Below are positions 13,064 to 24,211 of a DNA stretch of 42,365 nt, piece after piece (position 1 is the first letter of the stretch; each line of letters starts with the position of its first letter). Made by a program: the position numbers and the translations under genes. The DNA lies in NCBI RefSeq assembly GCF_001194135.2, contig NC_069006.1, positions 19,219,081 to 19,261,445 of the forward strand, in the 5' to 3' direction. This DNA comes from Octopus bimaculoides. Taxonomy: Eukaryota. Below the pieces are notes generated by a model that saw only the letters and a program-made list of their open reading frames with translations, was not told the DNA's origin and did not search any database.

Positions 13064-13795
13064 ATAAAAGCAGAAGAAGAGAAGGCACATGGGATAGAGA
13101 GTCACTGAAGAGGTCACAGCATATGTGACAAAAGAGCTTAGACGAAGACACTAAAGTCATAAAAATAAAGCTGAAGTGAAGATCAAATATATGGTGTGTT
13201 TAATTGGCAAAATATGACCATCCCCGGGTATAAGAATATATATATTGATAAATACACATACACACATACATACATACACACATACACACATACATACATA
13301 CACACATAAGAACTAATTCTATCAGACCAGTTAATAAATTTTATACAGATTATAGAACTAGTTCTGTCCAGACCATGGATAGAACCAGTTCTATACAGAC
13401 CGCAAACAGAACTAGTTCTATACAGACTACAGAGTGAGTTCTATACAGGCTATAAAACCAGTCCAATATGGACCACAAATAAAATCAATTCCATTATAGA
13501 TTCTGGGTTCAATTCTATCAGACCATAGAGCAAGTTCTATACAAACCAAAGATAGAATCAGTTCCCTAAAGACCACAAAACTAGCCCTATACTTAATTCA
13601 TGTCTGCTCCATTTTCATTTCATTTCATTTTATTTATTTTTGTCCCTCATTAAACATGTCTGAATTTTCCAGTTCTATAGATCTACAAATAAGATCCCTT
13701 TTCAAATCACTCACCCTTTGAACCCTTAATTAAAAACACTAAATAGTGTGCTTACTAATTAATTTAGTCTGGCACATATATATATATACACATGA

Positions 13796-13854
<59 letters not shown>

Positions 13855-13907
13855 AATACATATATATACATACATATATATATACATATATATATATAAA
13901 TACATAT

Positions 13908-13942
<35 letters not shown>

Positions 13943-14723
13943 CACACACACATAAACACATATATATGTATATATATATATATCTATACATACATACATA
14001 CATACATATATGTATGTATACATATGTATATATGTATACATACATATATGTATGTATACATATGTATATATGTATGTATNNNNNNNNNNNNNNNNNNNNN
14101 NNNNNNNNNNNNNATATATATATATATATATATATATATATCTGTGACAGACATGTAGGAGACTTTCGGTCTTTATTTCTGCTTGCAACTAACTGGTAAT
14201 GTCTAAATGTTAAATTTATGCCAGGCTTCTGAAGTGATGCCATTAATTATTACAGGTCACCATCATTGCTCTGACTTTTACCAGAGGTCACTCTCATTTG
14301 TCTGACCCTCTGTGATCTCTTGCAGGTAGTGGCAACAGTTTCTCTTTATGACCGAACTTTATATGTATGTATGTCTGTATGAATGCTCGTGCGAATGTGT
14401 ATTATCTGTGTCTGGGTGTGTGCATGCATGTCTGTAAATCTGTATGCGTGTGTGTCTGTGTATGTGTGTGTTTGCGCATGCATATGTGTTTCATGTGCAT
14501 ATAGTCAACTTTGTTTTACAAACATTCACTGCCTTTTGAAATGTTTTCATCTAAAAATAAAACACATTGTTGTCACTGTGATTTCATTGTTGTTGTTATT
14601 CTACTCCGGTAGGGTACCAGGATTGGTTGGATACTTAGTATTGAACTTAGAGTATATCGAAGCAATTCATAGTTTTCATTTGTTGTTAGTATACTGTAAG
14701 TATGTATAAAAAGAAAAATAATA

Positions 14724-14947
14724 AATGCGCCCTTTTAAAGCCTAGCCAGGCTCATGGGCACAGTTTCCCGGTTTCAATGGCGTATGTGTACCCCAGCGGG
14801 ACGGGACGCCAGTCCATCACAGCGTTACTCATTTTTGCCAGCTGAGTGGACTGGAGCAACGTGAAATGAAGAGTTTTGTTGAAGAACACAACGCATTGCC
14901 CAGTCCAGGAATCGAAACCACAATCTTACGATCATGGTGCTGACACC
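14724..14947 (-). mobile_element. SINE family E (tRNA head, conserved core, Nin/Deu-like domain)
   Basis: Reverse complement reads GTTTCGATTCC...TTGCTCCAGTCCACTCAGCTGGCAAAAATGAGTA...GTGATGGACTGGCGTCCCGTCC...GAAACCGGGA. Confidence 0.7.
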
Positions 14948-15431
14948 NNNNNNNNNNNNNNNNNNNNNNNNNNNNNNNNNNNNNNNNNNNNNNNNNNNNN
15001 NNNNNNNNNNNNNNNNNNNNNNNNNNNNNNNNNNNNNNNNNNNNNNNTACTAATTGACGATTCCCTGCCCTATATATCTATATATATATATATATATTCT
15101 CACATACACACATATATAATAGAAATAATAGAAATAAAAATTGGTAATTAATTAATTAATCGACACATGATTCCAAGAAGAAAAAAATGCACCCCTATGA
15201 AAATTAGCAAAAGCAGTACTGATTGTTCATTACATTTTTCATAAGTTGTACTTGCCAATTAATTCATAGCTGGAACCCAGACACGTGCTATTATTTTGGT
15301 TCAGATTAGGCCTGGGAACAATTGTGGCTGAGAGGTGGTTCCACATTCCTCAAAACAATGGAATCACTGAACCAGGATCCCACTACATAATGCAGTTTAA
15401 AGTCATACCCAGGACACATATAGATGTATTA

Positions 15432-15511
15432 ATTAACCAATAGTTGTCTCCCGACATGCTACTTAACCAATAGTTGGGATCCTGACATGCTAATTAACCG
15501 ACAGCTGGGAT
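15432..15511. repeat. 30-31 nt tandem repeat, about 2.6 copies
   Basis: TTAACCAATAGTTG...GACATGCTA units. Confidence 0.8.
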
Positions 15512-15732
15512 TTTGGGATCCTACTACTCCAAGTCAGAGCAGGCCTAGAAACAATTGTGGTAAAGTGATGGTTCCACATTCATCAAAACTCTGAAACTCC
15601 CTGGGGTGGGAGGGCAACCCATCCACGGGTTAACTCTGATTCCAAACCACTGCTGCCTTGAGCACTGAGGCAAATGAAAATGAGTAGACCCATCCTCACA
15701 AGAATTGCAGGTGTTGTGCATACAGTAGAAAA

Positions 15733-16114
15733 AGTTTCGAATTTGGGGACAAGGCAGGCAACTTCGGTTGAGTGAGTGAGCCGATTTACATCGACCCCAG
15801 TGCTCAACTGCTACTTACTTTATCGATCCCGAAAGGGTGAAAGGCAAAGTCAACTGCGGCGGAATTTGAACTCAGAACACGAAGACAGACGAAATACCTA
15901 TTTCTTTACTGCCCACTACACACAGAGGGGACAAACAAGGACAGACAAACGGATTAAGTCGATTATATCGACCCCAGTGCGTAACTGCTACTTACTTTAT
16001 CGACCCCGAAAGGATGAAAGGCAAAGTCGACCTCGGCGGAATTTGAACTCAGAACGCAGTGGCAGACGAAATACCGCTAAGCATTTCGCCTGGCGTGTTA
16101 ACGCTTCTGCCTTA
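15733..16114 (-). mobile_element. SINE family C, long form with a duplicated core
   Basis: TCGACCCCGAAAGGATGAAAGGCAAAGTC...GGAATTTGAACTCAGAAC occurs twice, separated by GGGGACAAACAAGGACAGAC. Confidence 0.88.
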
Positions 16115-16781
16115 AAGGTTATTAATATTGCTGTTGTTCTTATTTAACAGCATTTCATCCCTAATGGAGTAGACATATCATCAAAAGCATTCCGGCTGTA
16201 TACCAATATTTGCCATCAGAGTAGAAAAACAAAAACTGATGGCCTGGCGATTCCACAGAAAACTGATATAACGCAATCTTGGACATCCACGAGTTATTTC
16301 CCTTTGATTTGCAAAATTCACGCGATACACTGTATGACCATATATAACTTTATCATAACTACTCGGCATTAATGTTTATATATTCTATTTAAATTAAATG
16401 TTTTTCGAGTGATACCAAATGTTTTGCTTTTACATTTTCTATATTAATCTATGAACATACATACATACATACGTACGTACATAAATATATGCATACATAC
16501 ATCCATGCGTACGTAGTACACACACGCATTTAAACTTAGGTATACACACACGTGCTTACACATTAACAGGCACACACATGTATACATACATTTGAGTTCG
16601 TTTATGGTTGTCCATCGGACTGAATGTGGCTATTTTCTCTTTCAGTTGTGAATCCTTTGAGCCCTCTGCAACCCAATCCGTAATATGAAGTTTTAGTTAC
16701 AGACAAAACATAAATGTTTGTTTGAAGATCTTAAGTGAATCTAGTCCTACATTATCTCATATTTCCTTCCGTTGTTGATGA

Positions 16782-16857
16782 GGTAGTGTGGCCAAGAGGT
16801 CTAATTCTGTAGTTTGATGACCCAGTCTCGGCGTGGGTTCGAGTTCCAACGCTGCCA
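16782..16857 (+). pseudogene. Degenerate tRNA-Leu-like sequence
   Basis: GGTAGTGTGGCCAAGAGGTCTAA...CCAGTCTC-GGCGTGGGTTCGAGTTCCAACGCTGCCA tracks the eukaryotic tRNA-Leu pattern at both ends. The anticodon arm is disrupted and the variable arm is shortened. Confidence 0.7.
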
Positions 16858-17062
16858 TCGCGAATTTCCTCTTTGTTTCTTTGTTCGTTCTTGTTAAGAT
16901 GAGTGCTAAAGGTTTGACAGTGCTAAAAGGTTTGACAGCTATGTGTTGCAGATCGAGCTACCGCTGACGCTCCGTTTGATGTGTCAAATGTTACTTTTCT
17001 TGGTAGTGCTCCTGTAGTGAAAAGCGTTTAGCAAAGTATTATTGAAGGGAAACACATTTAAC

Positions 17063-17295
17063 AGGATTTATGACATTATTTACATTATTTACATTTGACG
17101 GATATTTGTCCTCATCTTGTTTGTTGTTAACACAACGTTTCGGCTGATATACCCTCCAGCCTTCGTCAGGTGTCTTGGGGCTTGGGGAAATTTCGAACCT
17201 GGGTTCTCATTCCTAAGGTATTTTTCGATAGTATTATTATTATTATTATTCAGGTCATTGCTTGGAATCGAACTCGGAATCTTGGGGTTAGTAGC
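17063..17295 (-). mobile_element. tRNA-headed SINE-like element carrying the minimal hammerhead (5' end hidden in the N gap)
   Basis: Minus strand: B-box GAGTTCGATTCC (17264-17275), (AAT)n, unique body, hammerhead, then a short tandem tail TGTAAATAATGTAAATAATGT. Confidence 0.6.
17129..17174 (-). ncRNA. Minimal type I hammerhead motif (Penelope-like-element type)
   Basis: Minus strand: GACAC CUGACGA A GGCUG-GAGGGUAUAU-CAGCC GAAA CG UU / GUGUU. Palindromic AACGUU stem III. Stem I is GACAC/GUGUU. Confidence 0.7.
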
Positions 17296-19310
17296 NNNNN
17301 NNNNNNNNNNNNNNNNNNNNNNNNNNNNNNNNNNNNNNNNNNNNNNNNNNNNNNNNNNNNNNNNNNNNNNNNNNNNNNNNNNNNNNNNNNNNNNNNNNNN
17401 NNNNNNNNNNNNNNNNNNNNNNNNNNNNNNNNNNNNNNNNNNNNNNNNNNNNNNNNNNNNNNNNNNNNNNNNNNNNNNNNNNNNNNNNNNNNNNNNNNNN
17501 NNNNNNNNNNNNNNNNNNNNNNNNNNNNNNNNNNNNNNNNNNNNNNNNNNNNNNNNNNNNNNNNNNNNNNNNNNNNNNNNNNNNNNNNNNNNNNNNNNNN
17601 NNNNNNNNNNNNNNNNNNNNNNNNNNNNNNNNNNNNNNNNNNNNNNNNNNNNNNNNNNNNNNNNNNNNNNNNNNNNNNNNNNNNNNNNNNNNNNNNNNNN
17701 NNNNNNNNNNNNNNNNNNNNNNNNNNNNNNNNNNNNNNNNNNNNNNNNNNNNNNNNNNNNNNNNNNNNNNNNNNNNNNNNNNNNNNNNNNNNNNNNNNNN
17801 NNNNNNNNNNNNNNNNNNNNNNNNNNNNNNNNNNNNNNNNNNNNNNNNNNNNNNNNNNNNNNNNNNNNNNNNNNNNNNNNNNNNNNNNNNNNNNNNNNNN
17901 NNNNNNNNNNNNNNNNATATATATATAATAGAGAGAGAGAGAGAAAGAAAGAAAGAGTCTAACTTTAACTGGAAAACCTAAAGGTCAGAGTATGGTGGGA
18001 AAAATTAATGACCAAGACATTGAATGTTGGTCGGTTGTCGGCCACCTGTGTATGTTTCTGTGTACGTACACGCGCGTTAGTTTATTTATATATGCACACA
18101 TATAGATATGAATATACACGCATATATATATTTGCATAGATATACACACATATATATTTGCATAGATATACACACACATATATGAATGAAACGTCAAAAA
18201 CATGTCAGTATGAATGTAAACAAAATACAGATTACTCAGTATATATCCCTTTTATATTCATTTACTAGTATCTGAAACTTCCCTCTAGCATTGCAACCAA
18301 TGACTTCCTTGGATATGCTTGCACGTATACCAGCGTGTATGTATGACCGTATGTTTGTGTATGTACACTATGTGTGTGTGTGTGTGTGTGTATGTACAAT
18401 GTGTGCGTGTGTGTGGAGAGAGAAAGAAAGAGAGAGGGGGGAGACAAACAGATAGCAGGCAGACAGAGAAAGAGAGGGAGAAAGAAACGAAGAGAGATTG
18501 TTTTAGAGATAAAAGGAAAAGAGAGAAAACACTAGAGAGGGGGGAAGAAAGAAGTAGAGAGAGAAATAAGCAGACAGAAAGAGAGAGTGAGAGACAGAGA
18601 GAAACAGATAGAAAGATAAAAAGAGAGAGGGAGAGACGTAGGACGGGAATCAGTTAAGTAGGAGACAGGGGGAGTTATGTGAGTGAGTGTTAAGGTGTAA
18701 AATGCGGTGACGACAATATTACATAGTTTCTTATAAGACAGGTAACCAGGAGAGTAGCCTCAATCTAGTTTACAGAGTTATCATACAGGTTGCAGGGCCT
18801 CAGGTGGTTGTTTTGCTTAAGCAGAGACAATAAACAGGTATGTGATCCTGAACTGGGTCATACACGCACAACTCACTTTCTCAGCCAAGAGGAAAACATC
18901 AGTTAAAGCTCACAAAGAGAATCGTTGTACGGAGATGCTGTGTAGATTGTTGTTTAATGAAGTTCTCAACAATTAATTAGTTTTGATCAACTGCCGTATG
19001 TAGTACCTGATATGAATTAAGTTCCACACCACGTTTTCTGCACACCTCTTTTCTCTATTGTAATGTTACCGACCCAAGAAGGGATGTACTGCAGTATGAT
19101 CTTTACTGACCTAGTGTGGGAAATTTTGTTTACAAACACTTTTTGATGTATGAATCACAGGATTTCAATTCTATCGTTGGAATACGTTAATTTATCTGAC
19201 TATATAATTAATATAAACGCTTTTTAACCTTAAAAAAAAAAAGTACAAAAAACACATTGCTATATTTGGTTTAATGACTTAAATATTTTGTTTCACTTTG
19301 ATTTAACGAT

Positions 19311-19757
19311 ATGGCTTTGGACAACTCTGGTTCATCTAGGAAAGGGTCTCCAATAGATCGTGATCAGTCCGAAGGAAAACCTTCTTTTAAATATAGTTTC
19401 GCTTATGAGAGGGCAACTCTGTATGAATACAAGTTCGAACGACAGGCGGAGCCCGATGAAGTTAATCCATGTCTCAGGTGTAACAAAACCGTGTCACGTC
19501 CCGATGAAACGGTTAGCATTGGACCTGATGTACAGTTTCATAAACAATGTTTTCGATGTCGAATCTGCGGCATGCCTCTCACCCAACAGACATTCTATCG
19601 CAACGACCGCATCAACGGCAATATGGACAAAGAAGTTTACTGTAAGACTCATGTTGGTAAAACCCCTGGAGAGATAGAAGGAGCCACTATAAAACAAACG
19701 ACGGCACCTGTTCGTGGGGGCAGCAAAGATTCACCAAATTCCAAATATATCATTCAA
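19311..19757 (+). CDS. Hil: First coding exon of a Hillarin/LTD-1-like LIM (plus probable transglutaminase-like) protein
   Basis: ATG at 19311 with an in-frame TGA at 19299-19301. 149 open codons end at a phase-0 GTAAGT donor (19758). LIM signature C-x2-C...H-x2-C-x2-C-x2-C...C-x2-H (CLRCNKTV...FHKQCFRCRICG...DKEVYCKTH). The insertion before DKEVYC resembles Hillarin (recalled as NNQHKQDDKEVYCSSHVPK) rather than LASP or CRP. Family assignment is from memory, not a search. Confidence 0.75.
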
Positions 19758-20449
19758 GTAAGTTTTCGTATTACTATTTAGTTTTCTTTTAAAACAGACA
19801 CCCTTTTCTTGACACTTTTAGGCCGGAAATTACACACATTAATCAGCATATTTACTGAAGTAAATCCGAATATTTGATGGTTTCACTACAAAAACCAAAA
19901 CGACCATCAGTCCAGTCTTAAAATATACCTTGTTGATTGGGATGTTTAACATTTCGTTTAAACCAAATTAAATTTTTCAACCAATTTTTTTATAGTAAAA
20001 GCAGTTTTTCAAAAAATCCAAACACACATAGTTTATTCGCGTCGGTGATAGTTTGGATCAGCCAAAACAATTAATAAAATAAGATAGGTTTATATCGTGA
20101 GTAGAGGTGTGCTGTGAGGTATCGGTCGGTCCGTAGCAGCACCCTTTGCTAAAATTAACCCTTAGCTTTATGTTAAATACCTACTTAGTCATTCCACCCC
20201 TTCCTACAATCACCTGCCGGATAGATGTATCTACTTGACACTCCTCAACATTCTTTGAACTCGGACCTTTCTTAAACTATCATGTCAAACCAGGTCAGTC
20301 ACGGTGTATCTCCTGTTCTCATTTTTCTCAGTCGCGGTTTCGATTGTTGGTGGAAATTAAGACTATTTAACTTTATGCTATTAACAAATACCATCGGGAA
20401 AGGCCCAGTCACCGCATCCAATTAACACTCCCCAACTTCTTAACAGTTT

Positions 20450-20880
20450 TCGATCTAGTCATAAGGTCTCCAATTCTGAGCCGGGTTTGTCGATACCAGC
20501 GACTCCAATACTTGACTCGTACCTTGTTTTATCAATCCTAGAAGGACGAAAGGCAAAGCTGACCTCAGCAGAGTTTGAACTCTGAACATATAAAAGCCAA
20601 AAGAAATGCTGCTAAACATTTCTTCAGATACTTAAACGATTTCGCATGCTCGCCGCCCATTTTTCTTTCGTAATTATTTCTTAATATATGCATAAAACCT
20701 GAAGTTTTGGAGAGAGGCTGAGTCGATTACATCCACCGCATTGCTCAACTGGAACTTATTTTATCGACCTCGAAAGGATGAAAGGCAAAGTCGACCTCGG
20801 CGGAATTTGAACTCAGAACATAAAAACCGGAAGAAATGCCCCTAAGCATTTCGTCCATGTGCTCACTATTCTACCTCCTC
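20450..20880 (-). mobile_element. Two tandem SINE family C copies
   Basis: Cores at about 20520-20585 and 20750-20820. Confidence 0.82.
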
Positions 20881-21129
20881 CATCTTTCATAATACACTTT
20901 TTGGTCAGTCAAAAATGAAACTAGTGGCAACGGCTATGGTGCAAGAGCAAAATTCTACAACTTGGGTTCGATTACTGGTGAAAGACATGTCACTTTACTC
21001 GAGAAATACATAAACGTNNNNNNNNNNNNNNNNNNNNNNNNNNNNNNNNNNNNNAAAAACCCTTTTAGGTAGTGCTCCAGCATGGCTGCAGTCAAATAAC
21101 TGAAACAAGTAAAAGAAATAAAGAATATC

Positions 21130-21390
21130 GGTAATCTTCAAGTTTAGGGGGATAAAAAAAATAAATAAATAAAAATATTCAAGGGAAATAACTGAACGAC
21201 TTACCAGTATTATCCGTTTTCTTCTAGCTGTTTATAAATAAATCACACCCTAATCCTAACCCTAACGTCAATCAAATCACGTGTGTGATTTATTTATAAA
21301 CAGATGTACAGAGAATACTGGTAAGACATTCAGTTACTTCCCTTGAATATTTTTATTTATTTTTTTATCCCCCTAAACTTGAAGATTACC
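21130..21390. mobile_element. Foldback MITE with about 110-bp TIRs and an 8-bp TSD (Merlin-like)
   Basis: Arms 21130-21248 and 21283-21390 start GGTAATCTTCAAGTTTAGGGGGATAAAA. Exact AGAATATC direct repeat at 21122-21129 and 21391-21398. Confidence 0.75.
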
Positions 21391-21819
21391 AGAATATCCA
21401 TGATATTCTTTTATTCTTTTACTTGTTTTAGTCATGTTGATAAATTTTTCAATGAGTTATATCTATTTACTGCTTCCTCATTCGGTAGTGTTTAGTATGT
21501 GTGTGTGTGTACATGTTGGGAAACAAAACCTTTATATACTTTAAAAGTAAATATATAAATGACGTGCACAGACACACGTAACCGCCAATATTGAGTGATG
21601 AAGAAGCAGAAATAAAGAGAAATAAATCCATGCTGTAAGAGATGATGTGAAAGGATTATTATGATGCGATAAAGAAAATGTTCCACATAACAAATATTGA
21701 CCTTACATCTTCAACATCATTATCATCGTTTTCTTTATCATCATCATCGCTACCACCATCATTATCATTATCATCAACATAATCATTGCCTCTTGATCTT
21801 GATAATTATTATCATGGTC

Positions 21820-22295
21820 ATTAGGCCGAATCGTTAGCATGCCGGACAAAATGCTTCGTAGCATTTCATCTGTCTTTACACTCTGAGTTCAAATTCCACC
21901 AAACATTGACTTTGCCTTTCGTCTTTTTGGAGTCGATAAAATAGGTACCAGTTGTTACAGTTGACTTACCCCCTCCCCGAAATTGCTGCCCTTGCACCAA
22001 AATTTGAAATCATTTCTTTTATTCTTTTACTTGTTTCAATCATTTGACTTCGGCCATGCTGAAGCCCCGCTTTTAGTCATAATGCAACAAGCTGGCAGAA
22101 TCGTTTGCATGTTGGGCAAAATGCTTAGCAGCGTTTCATCCGTGTTTACGTTCTGAGTTCAAATTTCAGCGAGGTTGACATTACCTTTCATCCTTTCAGG
22201 GTCAATAAAATAAGTACCAGTCAAGCCCTGGGGTCATTGTAATTGACTCAACCCCTCCTTCTGAAATTTCAGGCCTTCTGTCTATAGTACAAAGC
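21820..22295 (+). mobile_element. Two SINE family C copies separated by a family B tail
   Basis: GAATCGTTAGCA...CTGAGTTCAAATT...CTTTCATCCTTTC cores at 21830-22010 and 22085-22295. Confidence 0.82.
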
Positions 22296-22334
22296 ATCGT
22301 TATCATGGCCATCATTGTCACTTCATCACCACTG

Positions 22335-22830
22335 CTACAGTATCATCATGGCCTACTGATTTGGCACCATGATCTTGTGATCTGATATGGCCTGATCTAG
22401 TGACCAGGTATTCTAACTTAGGTGCCTGGTTCCATGCCCTGCTATCACAGCCTGGTAATTTGATACCGTTGCCTTGTGCTCTGGTAACCAGGTTTGATGT
22501 CTTAGTAATCCGATGCCATGGTCTGTTCATATGGTTCTATGGGTTGGTGATCAGGTACCAAGGTTTGGTTGATCTCATAACTTAGCCTAGTGGTCTGGTA
22601 CTGTGATTTGGTTGATCAGGTACCATTAAGGCGATCAGGAACCGTGATCTGGTTCTTTAGCCCGATGATCTGATACCATAGTCTGATCTGGTACCTTTAT
22701 ATGGTTAATCTGGTACATGTTCTGGTGATTTGATACACCATCTGGTGATCTGGTACTGTAGCATATGATCTTGGCCTAATGGTCCAGTACCATGTACTAT
22801 GGACTAATAATCTAATACCACCATGGCCTT
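22335..22830. repeat. Degenerate minisatellite of about 20 nt (GGTGATCTGGTACCAT)
   Basis: Repeated GATCTGGTAC / GATCAGGTACC words. Confidence 0.7.
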
Positions 22831-22844
22831 GTTTAGATGTTCAG

Positions 22845-23110
22845 TCTGAGATAATGAAACACCTTATTGATAAAAATTTACATTGGTTGGGCCACATACA
22901 CAGGTGGACAACAATGGACTCCCCAGACAAATCCTTGACTCCCAACTATACAAGGGGAAAAGAAACCATAGAAGACCTAGACTGAGATTCAAAGATTTCA
23001 CAAAAAGGAATATGGAGTGGAAAGGAATTGGTCATAATATCTGGCAAACTCAAGTTTACAAAAACCCCCACCAGAATGGAGAAAGCTTACAAAGTCATGC
23101 AAAACAGTCA
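22845..23110 (+). mobile_element. RTE/BovB-type LINE ORF2 C-terminal fragment
   Basis: NLHWLGHIHR, then a frameshift, then NNGLPRQILDSQLYKGKRNHRRPRLRFKD. This matches the RTE pattern LRWLGHV.RM....PK..LYGEL..GKR..GRP.LRFKD. Confidence 0.75.
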
Positions 23111-23233
23111 TAGCTGTGATGACAGATTGCAAATCAGCTTTGTTATTTGATCTGATGACTGTTGATCCTTCATCTGGTAACTATACCCTATCAACTCAAC
23201 CACTTCACTGCCCCAAGTTGATTTGTTTAGGGA

Positions 23234-23808
23234 TTAACCTTTTAGCTTTCAGATCACCTGTCAAATACAATGCTTATTTAATCAAATTGTTTGAATTAAT
23301 CATGCATTATCTTGTAGCTTTATTGAAGGTGCATGGTTCAGTGGTTAGAGCATCAGGCTCACAATCATGAAGTAGTGAGTTCGATTCCCAGACTGGGCTG
23401 CGTGTTGTGTTCTTGAGCAAGGCACTTTATTTCACATTGCTCCAGTTCACTCAGCTGTAGAACTGAGTTGTATTATCACTGGTGCCAAACTGTATTGGCC
23501 TTTGCCTCTTCCTTGGCCAACATCGGTGGCATGGAGAGAGAAGAGGCTGGTATGCATGGGCAACTGCTGGTCTTTGATAAAACAACTTTAGCCAGAGGGT
23601 AACTTTCTAAGTGCAATCCCATGGTCATGCATGAATGAAAGGGGTCTTCACCTTTTTATCATAAAGCTTTAGGTTTTAGGTGATGTGATTGTTTATTTTT
23701 AGTATGACATTGTAAGCTAGGTGTAAGAGACAGGATCTGGTTGGTTTGAACATAAATCAAGTGAAATATTTGGACTGGATACGGCCAGTTTAAATACTAA
23801 AGAGTTAA
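23234..23808 (+). mobile_element. piggyBac-like MITE with a nested SINE
   Basis: TTAACCTTTT...AAAGAGTTAA termini. Body matches 37665-37876. Interrupted by the SINE at 23326-23655. Confidence 0.7.
23326..23655 (+). mobile_element. SINE with a family E head and core and a third, different tail
   Basis: GGTTCAGTGG A-box, GAGTTCGATTCC B-box, CTTGAGCAAGGCACTTTATTTCACATTGCTCCAG core. Diverges from the other copies after CAGCTG. Confidence 0.7.
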
Positions 23809-23974
23809 AGAAATCAATTAGTTGGTATGCTAAATGGTTTTTCAGTGTTTAGTTTTGAGTTTAAATCTTACTTATCAACTTTGGCTTTCATTTGCACAGG
23901 ATAAATAAGATATGTACCAGTTATAAACTTGGGAGGGGGGGGGGTGATACAATTATGAATAATTACTTCACCTG

Positions 23975-24164
23975 TTTAAAACATAGAGAAAGAAAGAGAT
24001 ATAAGCAAAGAGAAAAAGAGAGACAGACAGACAGAGAAAAGAGAGAGAGAGAGACAGAAAGAAAGAGACAGGGAGAAAGAGAGAGACAGACAGAGAAAAG
24101 AGAGAGAGACAGAAAGAAAGAGAGAGACAGACAGAGAAAAGGAGAGATAGACAGAAAATTGAGT

Positions 24165-24210
<46 letters not shown>
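23975..24210. repeat. (GA)-rich compound microsatellite (another at 18415-18635; many (TA)n and (CA)n tracts throughout)
   Basis: Directly visible. Confidence 0.9.

Positions 24211-24211
<1 letters not shown>

Noticed and set aside
9950-13600. CRISPR-like periodicity in the minisatellites
   Set aside because: No constant repeat with unique spacers, no cas genes, and the context is eukaryotic
16151-16372. About 73-codon open frame after an AG
   Set aside because: No family resemblance and no strong donor before the stop
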